64,000 nucleotides of DNA from positions 255,858 to 319,857 of the IMG/VR virus record IMGVR_UViG_3300032245_001746; one strand, 5' to 3'. This document shows positions 26,554-35,734 of this stretch, piece after piece (the stretch's first letter is position 1; every line of letters starts with the position of its first letter). The notes below the pieces were generated by a model. That model saw only the letters and a program-made list of their open reading frames with translations, had not been told where the DNA came from and did no database searches. The translations under genes and the position numbers were made by a program.

Positions 26554-26987
26554 GATATTTTTCCAATTGCATTAGAGATCATTTCTTTTACCGTTTTTCG
26601 TCCACTTTTCTCTCCAATATTGTAAAATGTATTAGCAAATATGGAAAGAAATGAAATCAATTGTCCTGATTCCACAATTTTCGTTAAAGCAACTTTGAAC
26701 AATCTCTCTTCCAAAACATTAGTCAATAATGTCTCTTCTGTTTCTGTTTTGTTGATAACTCCAATTACAGTTGGATCTGTAATTTCAATTCGAAGTTTCA
26801 ATCCCAAATTGGAAAAAACAATTGCACTATCCTTCGATTGATCAGAATCTCGAAAGAAAATTTCACTTTCATTAAAATCAACTGGTTTCCAAACAACAGA
26901 ACGAGTCAAAATCAAATCTGAATAATCTTCACCAATACAAATTGTGATTGAATCATTGTTGTCTTTTGTGATGTTAACTCGTGTCAT
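26550..26987 (-). CDS. Hypothetical protein
   Basis: Start MTRVN. Confidence 0.75.
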   Translation of the reverse strand: MTRVNITKDNNDSITICIGEDYSDLILTRSVVWKPVDFNESEIFFRDSDQSKDSAIVFSNLGLKLRIEITDPTVIGVINKTETEETLLTNVLEERLFKVALTKIVESGQLISFLSIFANTFYNIGEKSGRKTVKEMISNAIGKIS

Positions 26988-27031
26988 TTTAACCATCCAA
27001 AAAAATCTTTTACTTCAACACCATTGTACAA

Positions 27032-27439
27032 TCAAACTTCAAGAAGTGGTTTAATTGCTTCACCCCAAGAAGCACCAAAATCTTGTTTGCTTTGAATTTC
27101 CTGCAAAATATTAAGTTTTTGACGATCAATACCTCTGTTTTTCAGAACATAAATAATTGGACCAGCCATTTCCTCTTCAGAATTCCAACCCATATTCTGA
27201 AATGCCTGTCCAAAAATACAACCCTTGCATTCCGGTCCAATCTGGACTTTTTCAAATCCTAACTTGTCAGACCATGTTTCATTATATGATGGTCCAGAAT
27301 ATGAACAATAACGACCACCATTTTTAAGATTGTAAATAAAATCAGGATTTTCTGTTCCTAATTTAATTACTTCCGTCTTCAATACAGAAAGAAATTCATC
27401 TTCTGATGAATACTTTGCAATTAATTCACTCAGTTTCAT
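27032..27439 (-). CDS. Family A protein
   Basis: Paralog motif; ends LEV-TGA in the repeat. Confidence 0.9.
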   Translation of the reverse strand: MKLSELIAKYSSEDEFLSVLKTEVIKLGTENPDFIYNLKNGGRYCSYSGPSYNETWSDKLGFEKVQIGPECKGCIFGQAFQNMGWNSEEEMAGPIIYVLKNRGIDRQKLNILQEIQSKQDFGASWGEAIKPLLEV

Positions 27440-27482
27440 TTTATTATCCTTCAAAATTACTTGATATCATCGTATTGTACAA

Positions 27483-27893
27483 TCAAACTACTTTTCTAAA
27501 AAGTGGTTTAATTGCTTCACCCCAACTAAGCCCTTTATCTTGATCGTTTTGAATTTCCTGAAAAACATCAAGCTTTGTATAATGAAATTCATGATTTCTC
27601 AAAACTGTGGAAATTGAACCAATTAATTCCTCTTCAGGATTCCAACCCATATTTTGTAGGGCTTGACCGAAAATACAACCCTTACATTCCGGTCCAACTG
27701 TTTTCTTTATAGGATTTAACCAATCAGTATTGTTAGTACGATATGCTGGTCCATTGTAAGAACAAAGACCAAGATTTCCAGGATTGTAAATAAAATCAGG
27801 ATTTTCTGTTCCTAATTTAATTACTTCTGATTTCAATGCAGAAAGAAATTCATCTTGAGATGAATACTTTGCAATTATTTCACTCAGTTTCAT
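27483..27893 (-). CDS. Family A protein (tandem duplicate of 27032)
   Basis: Paralog motif; stop in the repeat. Confidence 0.9.
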   Translation of the reverse strand: MKLSEIIAKYSSQDEFLSALKSEVIKLGTENPDFIYNPGNLGLCSYNGPAYRTNNTDWLNPIKKTVGPECKGCIFGQALQNMGWNPEEELIGSISTVLRNHEFHYTKLDVFQEIQNDQDKGLSWGEAIKPLFRKVV

Positions 27894-28029
27894 TTTACTA
27901 TCCTTCAAAAGTGTTTTACGAACGCTTCGGATTTCCACCGAATTAACATGGAACTAATTTGTCACAGTAGTTAATCGGCAGGTCTTTAAGGTGACATTCC
28001 TCTACCCACCTAGTTTCATTCCATGATAC

Positions 28030-28344
28030 TCATTCGTTCTCATTAAATAACTTATTTTTGATCATTTCACGCAATTGTGCAAATTCAACATTTTCCAAAT
28101 TTACTGTAACCATCTTCAATATCTCGCCAGTAATTGTAAATAAATCAGCGAGTTCCTTTGTTGCTTTCAAAGATCCTTGATATGGAATTATAGCAATGCA
28201 AAGATCGTTATACTTATCTGCATTTGGTTTTTGTACAACCCAATTTCCATCAATACGACATTTGCTCTGTACATCTTGAAAAAATGTAGCAATTCGATTC
28301 ATTTCTTCTTCAAGCTTTGTTTCTGCCATTTGAATTGTCCTCAT
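28030..28344 (-). CDS. Hypothetical protein
   Basis: Coupled ORF. Confidence 0.7.
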   Translation of the reverse strand: MRTIQMAETKLEEEMNRIATFFQDVQSKCRIDGNWVVQKPNADKYNDLCIAIIPYQGSLKATKELADLFTITGEILKMVTVNLENVEFAQLREMIKNKLFNENE

Positions 28345-28598
28345 TCGTTCTCATTAAATAATTTAATTGTGGCTGGCTTATCAGTCTCAGGCTGAGAAAA
28401 AATAGGCTGAGAAAGAAATGAAAAGAAATGAAGAGATAACAATTCCCCCTCATTAATTTTAAGAACCAACCCATTATCCTCATTGGTAAAACCAACGTCA
28501 ATTCCAACCGTTTTTACATATAGGTTGTAGCCAGTAACAAAATCAAGAACTCTTGACTTTGTCAAATTGTCCGTTACATGTGTCCAAAATGCAAACAT
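28341..28598 (-). CDS. Hypothetical protein
   Basis: Coupled ORF; ends LFNENE like the next gene. Confidence 0.7.
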   Translation of the reverse strand: MFAFWTHVTDNLTKSRVLDFVTGYNLYVKTVGIDVGFTNEDNGLVLKINEGELLSLHFFSFLSQPIFSQPETDKPATIKLFNENE

Positions 28599-28807
28599 TA
28601 TTCCGTTTCCTTAACAGCATTTAATAACGCATCTTCAAGTTTGTTCAATGCTTCCATGATTTTCGCATGCTTTTCATCATACCAATTTTCATCAATTGGT
28701 TCTCTTTTAAAGAGAACTGTATTGTCCACAATACAAGAAACCCAAGCAGCATTGACATTAATTTTCAATTTACGATTTTTATCGTGAATTTCAATGTTTG
28801 CAAGCAT
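28598..28807 (-). CDS. Hypothetical protein
   Basis: Coupled ORF. Confidence 0.7.
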   Translation of the reverse strand: MLANIEIHDKNRKLKINVNAAWVSCIVDNTVLFKREPIDENWYDEKHAKIMEALNKLEDALLNAVKETE

Positions 28808-29078
28808 TATTCTGCTTTCTGAGAAAGAATTGCTTCAACTTTTCTGGATTGTTTGGAATGAAATAATAAACCTTGTAATCTATCTTTCCGTCAAATTCAA
28901 ACTCAAAATCCAATCTTCCAGAAATTAAAACCCTTTTCTTGCCAAGTTTCAAACTCAAAGTCAACTTGACAGTATTCGGAATTCTCTTATTAGAAAATCC
29001 CCAGGAACTAATATTATAACCATTTGAACTAAATGTCAAATGATCACATAAGTATTTTGAATCAAACTTTAAAATCAT
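28791..29078 (-). CDS. Hypothetical protein
   Basis: AAGGA RBS, MILKF. Confidence 0.75.
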   Translation of the reverse strand: MILKFDSKYLCDHLTFSSNGYNISSWGFSNKRIPNTVKLTLSLKLGKKRVLISGRLDFEFEFDGKIDYKVYYFIPNNPEKLKQFFLRKQNNACKH

Positions 29079-29127
29079 TGTTGTTTCCTTGATTGTATAG
29101 CCATTGTTGTTTCCTTGATTGTATAGC
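29076..29127. repeat. Exact 26-bp tandem duplication of an RBS+ATG segment
   Basis: (cattgttgtttccttgattgtatagc)x2. Confidence 0.95.
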
Positions 29128-29148
29128 CATTGTACAATCAAACTTCAA

Positions 29149-29544
29149 TTACCATTCTTGATGGTATAAAGCATCTTCAATTTTAAGCTCTTCATTTAGC
29201 ATTAACCACAAAATGATTGTAGTTAAACTAATTTCAACATATTTAAACTCACCTTGGTGAATTCTTTCTGTTGTAAACAATTTGAGCGAATCAACATATA
29301 TGCTCATGTTCTTGTAACGTCCAAAACTCAAATACTCTTCTGGATTTTTAAGAAGATAAGCATATTTGGATTCACCTGACAATACATGACCATCTGCATT
29401 TGTTGGATATGTCACGTCAAAAACAGGTTTGGTAAATTTAACATTGTAAATCCCATCTTTTGTGGATTCCCAACCTGTTAATTCACAAAATACACTTATC
29501 ACCTCATTAATGTCAATGTATTTCAATGTTTCAGCAATAATCAT
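29149..29544 (-). CDS. Hypothetical protein
   Basis: AAGGA RBS, MIIAE. Confidence 0.75.
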   Translation of the reverse strand: MIIAETLKYIDINEVISVFCELTGWESTKDGIYNVKFTKPVFDVTYPTNADGHVLSGESKYAYLLKNPEEYLSFGRYKNMSIYVDSLKLFTTERIHQGEFKYVEISLTTIILWLMLNEELKIEDALYHQEW

Positions 29545-29573
29545 TGTTGTTTCCTTGATTATACATTGTACAA

Positions 29574-29888
29574 TCAAATTTCAAGACCACTAAATAATCC
29601 CTCTTCAATTGAACCTTCATCACGAATTACTCGTGCTTTAGTAAGTTCAATGAATTTAGGTCTGTTCTTTAACCTGTTCCTAATAGGATTTGTAGCAACA
29701 ATTAATCCTAACATCATTTCAATGCAAATTGTATCAATTTCAAACAAAGTTAATAACTGATCAATTTCATCAAACTTTCTTTCACACATCATGTTATTAA
29801 TCAAGATATACATCTTGTCAATTCCACGATCCCTGCTCTCCAAACAAATATTGTTTGATGAAATTATTTCATCATAATATTGATTCAT
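29574..29888 (-). CDS. Hypothetical protein
   Basis: Ends LEI-TGA in the repeat. Confidence 0.75.
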   Translation of the reverse strand: MNQYYDEIISSNNICLESRDRGIDKMYILINNMMCERKFDEIDQLLTLFEIDTICIEMMLGLIVATNPIRNRLKNRPKFIELTKARVIRDEGSIEEGLFSGLEI

Positions 29889-30091
29889 TTTGATTGCTCA
29901 GAATACTCTTGTGTTACTTGCTTCTCAACAGGCATTGAATCAAATGCCCACATAAACAAAATAAGGGCAGCAAAAAACAAATCCTGAAATCGAATTCGAA
30001 AAGTGTAGTAATCTCGCTCGAAAACAAAAATCAAAAATCCAACCACAATCAATGAAATCGATGCCGTCTGAAAAAGATAACTCATTTTCAA
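29885..30091 (-). CDS. Small membrane protein
   Basis: Two TM helices. Confidence 0.7.
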   Translation of the reverse strand: MKMSYLFQTASISLIVVGFLIFVFERDYYTFRIRFQDLFFAALILFMWAFDSMPVEKQVTQEYSEQSK

Positions 30092-30094
30092 ATC

Positions 30095-30331
30095 CTAATC
30101 TTTTTTAAAGATTCCCTTAATAAACCCCTTCGCAAAATTCTTACTCTGCTTTCCAGTAAATTCACCCACATCCTCAGTTGTAGGTAAATTAATTCTTTTT
30201 GGTTCCTTATATGGCTTTTCAGAACTGGTGAGAATTAAACTGGTAAGCCACCAAGTTACAACTCCAAAAAGAATTAAACAAATTCCACTAAGAATGATTT
30301 TACAAATCTCTACAACTTCATTCTTTTTCAT
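30095..30331 (-). CDS. Membrane protein
   Basis: Start trimmed to MKKNEVV, coupled to the upstream stop. Confidence 0.7.
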   Translation of the reverse strand: MKKNEVVEICKIILSGICLILFGVVTWWLTSLILTSSEKPYKEPKRINLPTTEDVGEFTGKQSKNFAKGFIKGIFKKD

Positions 30332-30983
30332 AAACCAATTCCCCATTACACATATTAATTGTTTTTGTTTCCAATTCAGCCAAACAAATAAATTCACATG
30401 ATCGATATACAAATGATCTGGAAACGTGATGATGACCAAATACCCATAAATCCGGAACATGATCTCCTAACATCCACTGAAGCATATTTCTTGTAGATGT
30501 ATTGTCATATACCATTTCTCGCTTCAAAAAACGAAGAATTTCTGTAGGACAATCATGAGATATAACTACTTTCGGTTTCGTTTTTTGATATAAATCAAAT
30601 GCAGCAAATTGCTGTAATGTACTTAATTCCTCTTCCTGAAACCAATCTATTCGATCAATTAATCCAGGCTTATTAATCGAATATGCTCCACGTACATAAT
30701 AAATACCATCCTCTGTTACTCCATAATCACCTAGAGAATATGGAGAATTTGGGTAGATATTATAATCATCATGATTGCCACCAAGAATTTTGTGATTATT
30801 GGAATCAACATTTGATTCATCTAATCTTAACCAAGCATTGGTTTCAGTTTTAAATGAATAATGTCCAAAATCACCTAATTGAATTGTTTTCGCAGCTTTT
30901 GTTGGTGAAGAGGATTCGTAATTAACAATTGATCGCCAAGCATCAAAATTGTTATGAGAATCACCAATTAATGTGATATACAT
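30318..30983 (-). CDS. Calcineurin-like metallophosphoesterase
   Basis: GDSH, GDFG, GNHD, SHDCP, FGHHH motifs. Confidence 0.9.
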   Translation of the reverse strand: MYITLIGDSHNNFDAWRSIVNYESSSPTKAAKTIQLGDFGHYSFKTETNAWLRLDESNVDSNNHKILGGNHDDYNIYPNSPYSLGDYGVTEDGIYYVRGAYSINKPGLIDRIDWFQEEELSTLQQFAAFDLYQKTKPKVVISHDCPTEILRFLKREMVYDNTSTRNMLQWMLGDHVPDLWVFGHHHVSRSFVYRSCEFICLAELETKTINMCNGELVYEKE

Positions 30984-31042
30984 GTTTTTTCCTTTGGTAA
31001 CATCATCACATTGTACAATCAAACTTATATAAGTGTTTATGT

Positions 31043-31080
31043 AAAAAAAAGAGCGTGATTGTTATTATCACGCTCTTTTT
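31043..31080 (-). terminator. Intrinsic terminator
   Basis: AAAAAGAGCGTGAT/ATCACGCTCTTTTT. Confidence 0.85.
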
Positions 31081-31156
31081 ATTTATTTATTTAGAAATTC
31101 ATAAGTAGCTACTGGTTCACACATTTAATTAGTCAGGGCTTTAGCTAACTAATCTT

Positions 31157-31327
31157 TTAAAAATGTGCGAGCCAACTAGATCGTGAACTCTTAGACCAAC
31201 GAAAAATTGCGAATTTTCGTTGTACTAGACTATATTTTTCAATAGCCGTCCAGATTTTATTAAAAACAAAAGAGGGTTTTTCAACAAAACAGAGAATTAC
31301 AATCAACATAATGAATATATTGAACAT
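31157..31327 (-). CDS. 56-aa membrane-anchored protein, paralog of 13339-13506
   Basis: AAGGAG RBS; shared motif. Confidence 0.75.
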   Translation of the reverse strand: MFNIFIMLIVILCFVEKPSFVFNKIWTAIEKYSLVQRKFAIFRWSKSSRSSWLAHF

Positions 31328-31492
31328 GATTTTCTCCTTACATAAGAAATTTCTTATTCTTATGTGTAAAAATTATGTAAGACTAAATCGGGATGGATCA
31401 GGACATGTCCTTCTTATTTTTTATTAATCAAATAATTATTAATTATTAATTAAAAAATTAATAATTAATAATTTGGCGCACATGGATTTGAT

Positions 31493-31597
31493 TTAAAATC
31501 CTGATGAAATGAGATCAGAGTTTGGTTTATTTGGTTTAAGTACAATATCTGAGTCGATATCGTTAATAACTGTTGAATTTTTTGGATTTAGTTTCAT
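31493..31597 (-). CDS. 34-aa hypothetical peptide
   Basis: ATGA overlap with the upstream stop. Confidence 0.4.
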   Translation of the reverse strand: MKLNPKNSTVINDIDSDIVLKPNKPNSDLISSGF

Positions 31598-32208
31598 TTT
31601 TCACATTTTTCTTTATTCAGTTGATTTTTTACTGTGAAGATTTGTTGTACAACAAGAATCATTGCTTCGTGAGCATCTTCTTGAAAATCAAAAACTATTG
31701 AAGAGAACGAGACATTTTTGAATTTCAGAGTGAATCTGAATTTAGATGAATCTTTATACAGATATGATTGATTAAGTTCAATCATATCTGTAACTTGCAT
31801 AATATGATTTGTGTATGGAATTCTGACCATACTTTCCATTGGATTTTTTTCATCATGAAGAAACTTCAGTGTTTCAACACTTTTTGGTTTTTCAGCAATT
31901 GAAATAACATCATCATGAAGAGAATAGGTTCCATTTTCAAGAGATTTGAGTGTATTTTGAGAAATATTGTTTAAATTCATTAGAAGTTGAATTAGGCTAA
32001 GAGCCTGATCCAGTTCAATTGGTTCTGAGTAGAAATCAGCCAGATTATTTCCTGTATAAACATGTACATTATATTTTCCGGGTTCAACAAGACTTGATGA
32101 GTAGTCAATTTTGGTAATTTCTTGTAATTTAGAAATTACGATTGAGGTATTAACCTTTGGAAAGGTTAGAAAGTTTCCAGTTTTGGCAAAAGTGGCGATA
32201 GTTGTCAT
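31594..32208 (-). CDS. Hypothetical protein
   Basis: Start MTTIA. Confidence 0.75.
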   Translation of the reverse strand: MTTIATFAKTGNFLTFPKVNTSIVISKLQEITKIDYSSSLVEPGKYNVHVYTGNNLADFYSEPIELDQALSLIQLLMNLNNISQNTLKSLENGTYSLHDDVISIAEKPKSVETLKFLHDEKNPMESMVRIPYTNHIMQVTDMIELNQSYLYKDSSKFRFTLKFKNVSFSSIVFDFQEDAHEAMILVVQQIFTVKNQLNKEKCEK

Positions 32209-32271
32209 TGTTAATAATTTCTTGAAATTGAAAGGAGTTGATATCGTTGTATTGTACAATCAAACTTGGTT

Positions 32272-32433
32272 TTACTTTTTCATTTGATTGAGATCATCAA
32301 TAAAGCTTTGTATCATAGCGTATACAACCCAGATTGGACCGAGAAGTGTAGGAATGATATCTTTTCCAAGAAAAGCGAGAGCCATTGAAAATGCGAGCCA
32401 GAACAATCCGATGAAATACAGTATATCGATCAT
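32272..32433 (-). CDS. 53-aa membrane protein
   Basis: MIDILYFIGLFWLAF...; coupled, below cutoff. Confidence 0.6.
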   Translation of the reverse strand: MIDILYFIGLFWLAFSMALAFLGKDIIPTLLGPIWVVYAMIQSFIDDLNQMKK

Positions 32434-32849
32434 GAAATGATACCTCCGTTATTAATTCCCAGTTCATTTTGAATTTTTCTCAATTTACTTTTTTCACCTT
32501 CTTGAAAGGAAAGAAGGTGTCTCATTTCTTGAAAATCGGATAAGAAATTTCGAATTTGTTGTCCATTCATATTTTTGAATGTAGATTCTAAAATAAGATC
32601 TGGTGTATTTCTTTTTTCTGACAATCCAAGAATTTCAATTACGAGATTTTGGTTTGTTACCATAAAAACGCAATTTGTTGCTCTTTCGTTCATGGAAAAG
32701 AGTTTAATTTTTTGGTTATCAACATGAGTTTGTCCAAAAAAGATGGATGTTGTATCTGATTCGAAATATGGATTTCCGGACCAATTTTTGACTTTTGGAC
32801 CGAGCCACACAGTAATGGAGGTTGCATTATTTTGAATTGTTATTTCCAC
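32430..32849 (-). CDS. Hypothetical protein
   Basis: GGAG RBS, GTG start. Confidence 0.75.
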   Translation of the reverse strand: MEITIQNNATSITVWLGPKVKNWSGNPYFESDTTSIFFGQTHVDNQKIKLFSMNERATNCVFMVTNQNLVIEILGLSEKRNTPDLILESTFKNMNGQQIRNFLSDFQEMRHLLSFQEGEKSKLRKIQNELGINNGGIIS

Positions 32850-32901
32850 AGTAAAACTCCAGAATTTAGTTTATTTGGATTAACATGTTTACATTGTACA
32901 A

Positions 32902-33462
32902 TCAAACTTTGTGATCATTTTGAATAATTTCGTCATATTGTATTAAGCAACCATTTGAATCTTCAATAAAGATCAGGTTATTATTTTGATCATATTTGCG
33001 TTTTTCCCACCAACCATTTGAATCTTCAATAAAGATCAGATTATTATTTTGATCATAATCATATTTTACTGAATAATCATTTGAATTTTTATAAAGAATT
33101 AGATTATTATTTTGATCATATTTGTGTTTCATGTGAAACGAGTATGATCGTTTAATCGTCAGTTCGTTATTAACAATTCCAAATAGTTGATAATATTCTT
33201 CTTTTGGAATTTCTCTGATGACACGTAGTTTATTTGTTACAGATTTATCACAAGAATGGATACATTCGCCTAAATCTTCAATTTCGAGTAATTTGAAATT
33301 ATGTTGAATTGAATAATGGTTCAATACGTTAATTGGATTTTTACAATAGTGGAATCCATATTTGCACATAACTGGAGTTCTTGGTAATTCGTAGGTTTTT
33401 CCGATTTCGAATTTATGATTTAGACAAATGAAATCATAGGTTGCTTTGAATCCGGTTTTCAT
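32902..33462 (-). CDS. Family B protein with YD-like C-terminal repeats
   Basis: Motifs plus YDQNNNLI..EDSNG repeats; stop in the repeat. Confidence 0.9.
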   Translation of the reverse strand: MKTGFKATYDFICLNHKFEIGKTYELPRTPVMCKYGFHYCKNPINVLNHYSIQHNFKLLEIEDLGECIHSCDKSVTNKLRVIREIPKEEYYQLFGIVNNELTIKRSYSFHMKHKYDQNNNLILYKNSNDYSVKYDYDQNNNLIFIEDSNGWWEKRKYDQNNNLIFIEDSNGCLIQYDEIIQNDHKV

Positions 33463-33489
33463 TTGTTACTTTCCTTTATTTGTTAATAA

Positions 33490-34005
33490 CTATTTTTGAC
33501 CAAATTTGGCATCGATTAACTTATTATTTTGATCATATTCATATTTTGACCACAAGCCATTTGCGGATTCACAATAAGTTTCATTATTATTTTCATTAAA
33601 TTCGTATTTGGTCCAATCACCAAATGAATCTTCATAACGAATACGATTATTATTTTCATCAAATGTTTGTTTTGTCCAATAACCAGCTTCATAATTAGTT
33701 GTCAATTGATTGTTAATAATTCCAAATAGTTGATAATATTCTTCTTTTGGAATTTCTCTGATGACACGTAGTTTATTTGTTACAGATTTATCGTATTTGG
33801 TGATTGATATGCCAAGATCTTCAATTTCGAGCAAACGAAAAGTGTGTTTAATTGGATAATAACCAAGAACATCGATTGGATTTTTACAATAATGAAATCC
33901 ATATTTACAAGGAATTGGAGTTCCTGATAATTCGTAGGTTTTTCCGATTTCGAATTTATGATTTCTGCAAGAGAAATCGTAGGTTGCTTTGAGTCCAGTT
34001 TTCAT
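33490..34005 (-). CDS. Family B protein
   Basis: Paralog motifs and repeats. Confidence 0.9.
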   Translation of the reverse strand: MKTGLKATYDFSCRNHKFEIGKTYELSGTPIPCKYGFHYCKNPIDVLGYYPIKHTFRLLEIEDLGISITKYDKSVTNKLRVIREIPKEEYYQLFGIINNQLTTNYEAGYWTKQTFDENNNRIRYEDSFGDWTKYEFNENNNETYCESANGLWSKYEYDQNNKLIDAKFGQK

Positions 34006-34008
34006 TTG

Positions 34009-34539
34009 TTACTTTCTATCTTTTTGTTTGTGATAAGAGAAATAACTAGTTACATTGTTATTTTGATCATATGTACGAATTGAATGATAACCAGATGAAT
34101 CTTCAATATATGTTAGATTATTTCTTTCATCATATTCATATTTTAGCCAAGCACCATATGAGTTTTCAAGATAAATCAGATTATTATTTTGATCATATTT
34201 GTGTTTTACCCAAATACCATTTAGTCCATTAATAGTCAGTTCATTATTAATCATACCAAATAATTCATAATATTCTTCTTTTGGAATTTCTCTTACAACA
34301 CGTAATTTATTTGTTGCAATTTTATCTTCATGATAGATTGATATGCCAATATCTTCAATTTCCAATAGATGGAAATCATTTTGAATTGGATAATATCCAA
34401 GAACATCAATTGGTTTGACGCAATAATGAAAACCATATTCGCAAGGAATTGGAGTTCCTGGTAATTCATAGGTTTTTCCGATTTCGAATTTGTGATCTCT
34501 GCAATAGAAATCGCGTGTAGCTTTGAATCCGATTTTCAT
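34009..34539 (-). CDS. Family B protein
   Basis: Paralog motifs and repeats. Confidence 0.9.
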   Translation of the reverse strand: MKIGFKATRDFYCRDHKFEIGKTYELPGTPIPCEYGFHYCVKPIDVLGYYPIQNDFHLLEIEDIGISIYHEDKIATNKLRVVREIPKEEYYELFGMINNELTINGLNGIWVKHKYDQNNNLIYLENSYGAWLKYEYDERNNLTYIEDSSGYHSIRTYDQNNNVTSYFSYHKQKDRK

Positions 34540-34928
34540 GATTTTTTCTTTACTGCATTTAGACAATGGTGGAAATTATTTGCATCACAGCGTTTATTTG
34601 GATTCGGATAATATTTTTCGAACCAATTTTCAATCATTTTATGATCAATGAGTTCTGATGTTGGATTCCAAAAACAAACGACACAACCGTCTAAAATGCA
34701 CCAATTAAGGGAGATACAAACTGATCTATCGTCATATTTTCCTACAGTTATTAGGAATCCATTAATTTGGTCCCAATTTTCAATTTCTGGATATTGGCAA
34801 TAACTGCTTTTTTTGCAAAATTTTGACCATAATTCATGGTAAGCAAAATCATCTGCTTCAACAAGAAATTGTGTAACAGCAATACGACTTTCTGGGTTAT
34901 TATATTTTTCAAAAAATTCGCGATTCAT
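34536..34928 (-). CDS. Hypothetical protein
   Basis: Coupled ORF. Confidence 0.75.
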   Translation of the reverse strand: MNREFFEKYNNPESRIAVTQFLVEADDFAYHELWSKFCKKSSYCQYPEIENWDQINGFLITVGKYDDRSVCISLNWCILDGCVVCFWNPTSELIDHKMIENWFEKYYPNPNKRCDANNFHHCLNAVKKKS

Positions 34929-34949
34929 AATTTTCCCTTTAAATCGAAT

Positions 34950-35189
34950 TTAGTTGCAAGATTGAATTTCGAAATATGAAGAGCAGCAATCGCAACCTGG
35001 TTCAATTCTTACAACTTGTACTTTTCTGAGTTTAGATCTTTTTGATCCATGAGGTTTATAGGATTGGACGAATTTTTTTCTTCCGAATTTTTCCAGAGCA
35101 TCCCAGGGATGATCAATTTTAGAAATTGGAAGATTTTTTGGATTTACAGCACCTGGAATTCCGTAGTCGATAAGTTTTACCAATTTCAA
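34950..35189 (-). CDS. Basic hypothetical protein with CDCC
   Basis: TTG start. Confidence 0.65.
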   Translation of the reverse strand: MKLVKLIDYGIPGAVNPKNLPISKIDHPWDALEKFGRKKFVQSYKPHGSKRSKLRKVQVVRIEPGCDCCSSYFEIQSCN

Positions 35190-35258
35190 ACTTATAACCT
35201 CGGCACACGAAATTATAAGTGGCTTTAAATCCTGTTTTCATTTGAAATGCTTTCATGT

Positions 35259-35657
35259 TTAGGCAGCTTTTTGCTCATAAGAGCAAGTTAGACAATATTT
35301 ATTGTCATTAATAGATATTGTCCAGTCAACACCAACTTTGTTATTTCTTGGAGAAAAGAAACAAACTGAATCTGTCAAATGGTTGTCATTAATTCCAGCG
35401 TGAATTAATAATCCTTTTAGAGTTCTTGGACCTTGACCAAAATAACCCCAACAAACGCCATCGAAAATGCAAAATCCATTTTCTCCAACGAATTTAACTC
35501 TTTCATGAAAGTTAGAATAAGTTACACCATTAGATGTTCTTTTGCTATACCATCGGTATCCAATAATTTCATGAATTTTTCCGAGACGATCAATATGTTT
35601 TGGAGCATTTTCTTCAACTTTTGAAGAAGATCCATATTCGTAGCGATATTTAACCAT
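35259..35657 (-). CDS. Hypothetical protein
   Basis: GGAG RBS, MVKYR. Confidence 0.75.
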   Translation of the reverse strand: MVKYRYEYGSSSKVEENAPKHIDRLGKIHEIIGYRWYSKRTSNGVTYSNFHERVKFVGENGFCIFDGVCWGYFGQGPRTLKGLLIHAGINDNHLTDSVCFFSPRNNKVGVDWTISINDNKYCLTCSYEQKAA

Positions 35658-35710
35658 TATTAAATACTCCAAAAACACAATAAAAGTGAAGACGTATTTA
35701 TATTGTACAA

Positions 35711-35734
35711 TCAAACTTTGAATCCAGTTTTCAT
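35711..35734 (-). pseudogene. 7-codon remnant MKTGFKV* of a family B gene truncated at the repeat
   Basis: ATGAAAACTGGATTCAAA fused to GTTTGA of the repeat; intact paralogs start MKTGFKA. Confidence 0.7.

Noticed and set aside
27955-28020. tRNA-like fragment (GGTAGAG, GTCAC/GTGAC stem)
   Set aside because: No T-loop, anticodon arm or acceptor stem could be built.
31501-31507. Hammerhead-like CTGATGA
   Set aside because: No stem II or GAAA core follows, and it lies antisense within a small coupled ORF.
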